A DNA stretch of 62,710 bases, filler included, from Klebsormidium nitens (taxonomy: Eukaryota; Plantae; Klebsormidiophyceae): NCBI GenBank assembly GCA_000708835.1. It is 4 parts of 4 records of this genome, joined end to end, with 100 filler letters (N's around TTAATTAATTAA, not from the genome) between each part and the next. Parts side by side here need not be neighbours in the genome. Positions count along the whole stretch, not along the records: positions 44,908 to 62,710 come from DF237932.1; 3 more parts are not named here. One strand, 5' to 3'. Every line of letters begins with the position of its first letter. Position 1 is the stretch's first letter. Made by a program: the position numbers and the translations under genes. Shown here piece after piece: positions 61,256 to 62,710 of the stretch. The notes beneath the pieces are model-generated. The model did not search any database, was not told the DNA's origin, and saw only the letters and a program-made list of their open reading frames with translations.

Positions 61256-61989
61256 AAACACTGGTGCCAACGTTCTTTGTACCGCCGCTGCCGTGGCCGG
61301 GGAGGCTGATGAGCCGCACGGATCTCGGTTGCACGCAGAATGTGCACACTCGAATTAACGTATCGACGTGGTACAAACCGCACGCACCGAGTCGCCTGGT
61401 AGGGGTTTCGCATCGATCGCCCGGTATTGAAACTGTTTTGAATAGATTTACCTGTGACCGAGCATGCCCTGCTTTATACATTTGGCTCTCAAGCGGGTTT
61501 CGTGGTGCGGGACCCGGGTGTGCCGCGAAGGGCAGTACGTACCTGCAATATTACCTAATACCGTACCTGGTAGCGCCAGTACACACCCGGTACATTATAG
61601 GCGCTGCACAGTGCGCAGTGACGGCCGGCGGCCGCCTGCCTGCCGCTCCGAGTCCCGATCCGATCCTTTCCGGCAAGATTCAAATAGGTATACGACTTGA
61701 AAAGTACCGGTAACAACTAGTATGTGCTGCGCATCGCGAGGCCGTTCAAGCCAAGCTCACTGAAGAATCTGAGTCGTCCATTCCTGCTCGGTCGGGGCTC
61801 CTTCCCTACCAAAGTCTCAGGGCGTCCTCTTCAGGGTCAATTGTGCACGGGGAGACTTCGGCCGCCTGGGAGTTGCTCGGTACTAAATAGGGTTCAAGCC
61901 ATATTAATAGGGTTTACAATTTGCTCAATTCGGCTTCAACTGCACGCTCGGCGGCGCTGTCGGTTCGGGCGGGCCGCCGCCGCCGCAGA

Positions 61990-62710
61990 CGGACTGACTC
62001 AAAACGCCATGGCTTCTCATCTCATTCGTCAATCATTGGTTCAATATAATCGACCTTCGAAAAATCAAGTCAGAGATTGAACATCTGAACCCCTATGAAA
62101 ATTTACAAATCAGGTGGCTCTATCCTGAGTGGCACCTCAGAAACTAAGTCAGTCCCAATACAAAGCAACTAGGCTGGACGGAGTTGACTTCGACTTATAG
62201 ACTGATCAAATCATTCCTCAATTCGATGAACTCACAAAACAGTGTCACTGTCAGAACGAGTTCAAAAACGAGTCCCGCTGCCAAGGTCACCTGGCAAGCG
62301 GCAATCTAGATGCTGTCATCACAAACCCTGTCATCCTAGACAGGCTTAAACGAGGCCCAATGTTTCGCGAAGCCACCAACGGGGATTCAAAACTAGCCAG
62401 ACAATCCCTAGAGTGGCAAGCCCTTCAGGAATTAATAGAACGTCACAAAAATCCTCACGCCTACCGTTGGGCTAGGAAATTCCTTCAGCACTTTGACAGC
62501 CACGTGGCAGAAATGAATCGGAAAGATACAGCCGGGGAAATCAACCTCAGCAAACTCCTATTTCCTGCACCTGGCAACATCTCTGATCACCAGGTAGAGC
62601 TCGATTCATTTCTCGAAAAATATGTTATACTTCCCGCCGATAAATGCAGAGGCAATTACTTTGTCATCTGCAAAAATCTCTACATCAAACAATGTGTAAC
62701 TGAAACGTTC
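61990..62710 (+). mobile_element. Penelope-like retroelement, N-terminal region upstream of the RT core; degenerate 5' part, truncated by the window end
   Basis: My translation of 62201-62710 (open, absent from the ORF track): ...CHCQ...GHLASGNLDAVITNPVILDRLKRGPMFRE...FLEKYVILPADKCRGNYFVICKNLYIKQCVTE. This matches the PLE pre-RT motifs GH..GDL/KGP.YRE and PADK..N...C..Y. Upstream LISFVNHWFNIIDLRKI is in a different, stop-interrupted frame. Confidence 0.7.

Noticed and set aside
60979-61713. 244-aa ORF
   Set aside because: Gly/Pro-rich translation of the GGGCCC repeat array; not protein-like.

Overview
Eukaryotic, intron-rich DNA, most consistent with a streptophyte green alga of the Klebsormidium type (inferred from gene content and intron style, not proven). 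It has three N-gaps carrying a TTAATTAATTAA assembly linker plus two plain gaps. Three host-like genes can be spliced with fully consistent intron phases: a GINT1-like GT64 glycosyltransferase (5359-8993 +), a berberine-bridge-enzyme-like FAD oxidase (46011-53317 +) and a secreted dirigent/allene-oxide-cyclase-like barrel protein (56840-59639 -). Between about 10 and 35 kb lies a block of mobile and virus-type genes: an intronless D5-like SF3 helicase, an intron-containing SWIM/CxC-KDZ transposase with two frameshifts, a PD-(D/E)xK-like gene, a spliced Prim-Pol/Zn-finger/D5 primase-helicase whose Walker A is split by an intron, a Zn-finger/HPD gene, and a small ORF with a colinear paralogue at 453-893. 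The primase-helicase locus is decorated by about 14 copies of a bipartite motif with near-invariant 45-nt spacing. At 36.5-44.3 kb is a TSD-flanked non-LTR retrotransposon with an unusual architecture (hydrophobic N-terminus, degenerate 2A-like motif, APE, RT, RNase H, CCHC, C-terminal OTU protease). A decayed Penelope-like element runs off the right end. The best candidate for a new system is a large composite element pairing a KDZ transposase with a virus-type primase-helicase; its termini could not be defined.
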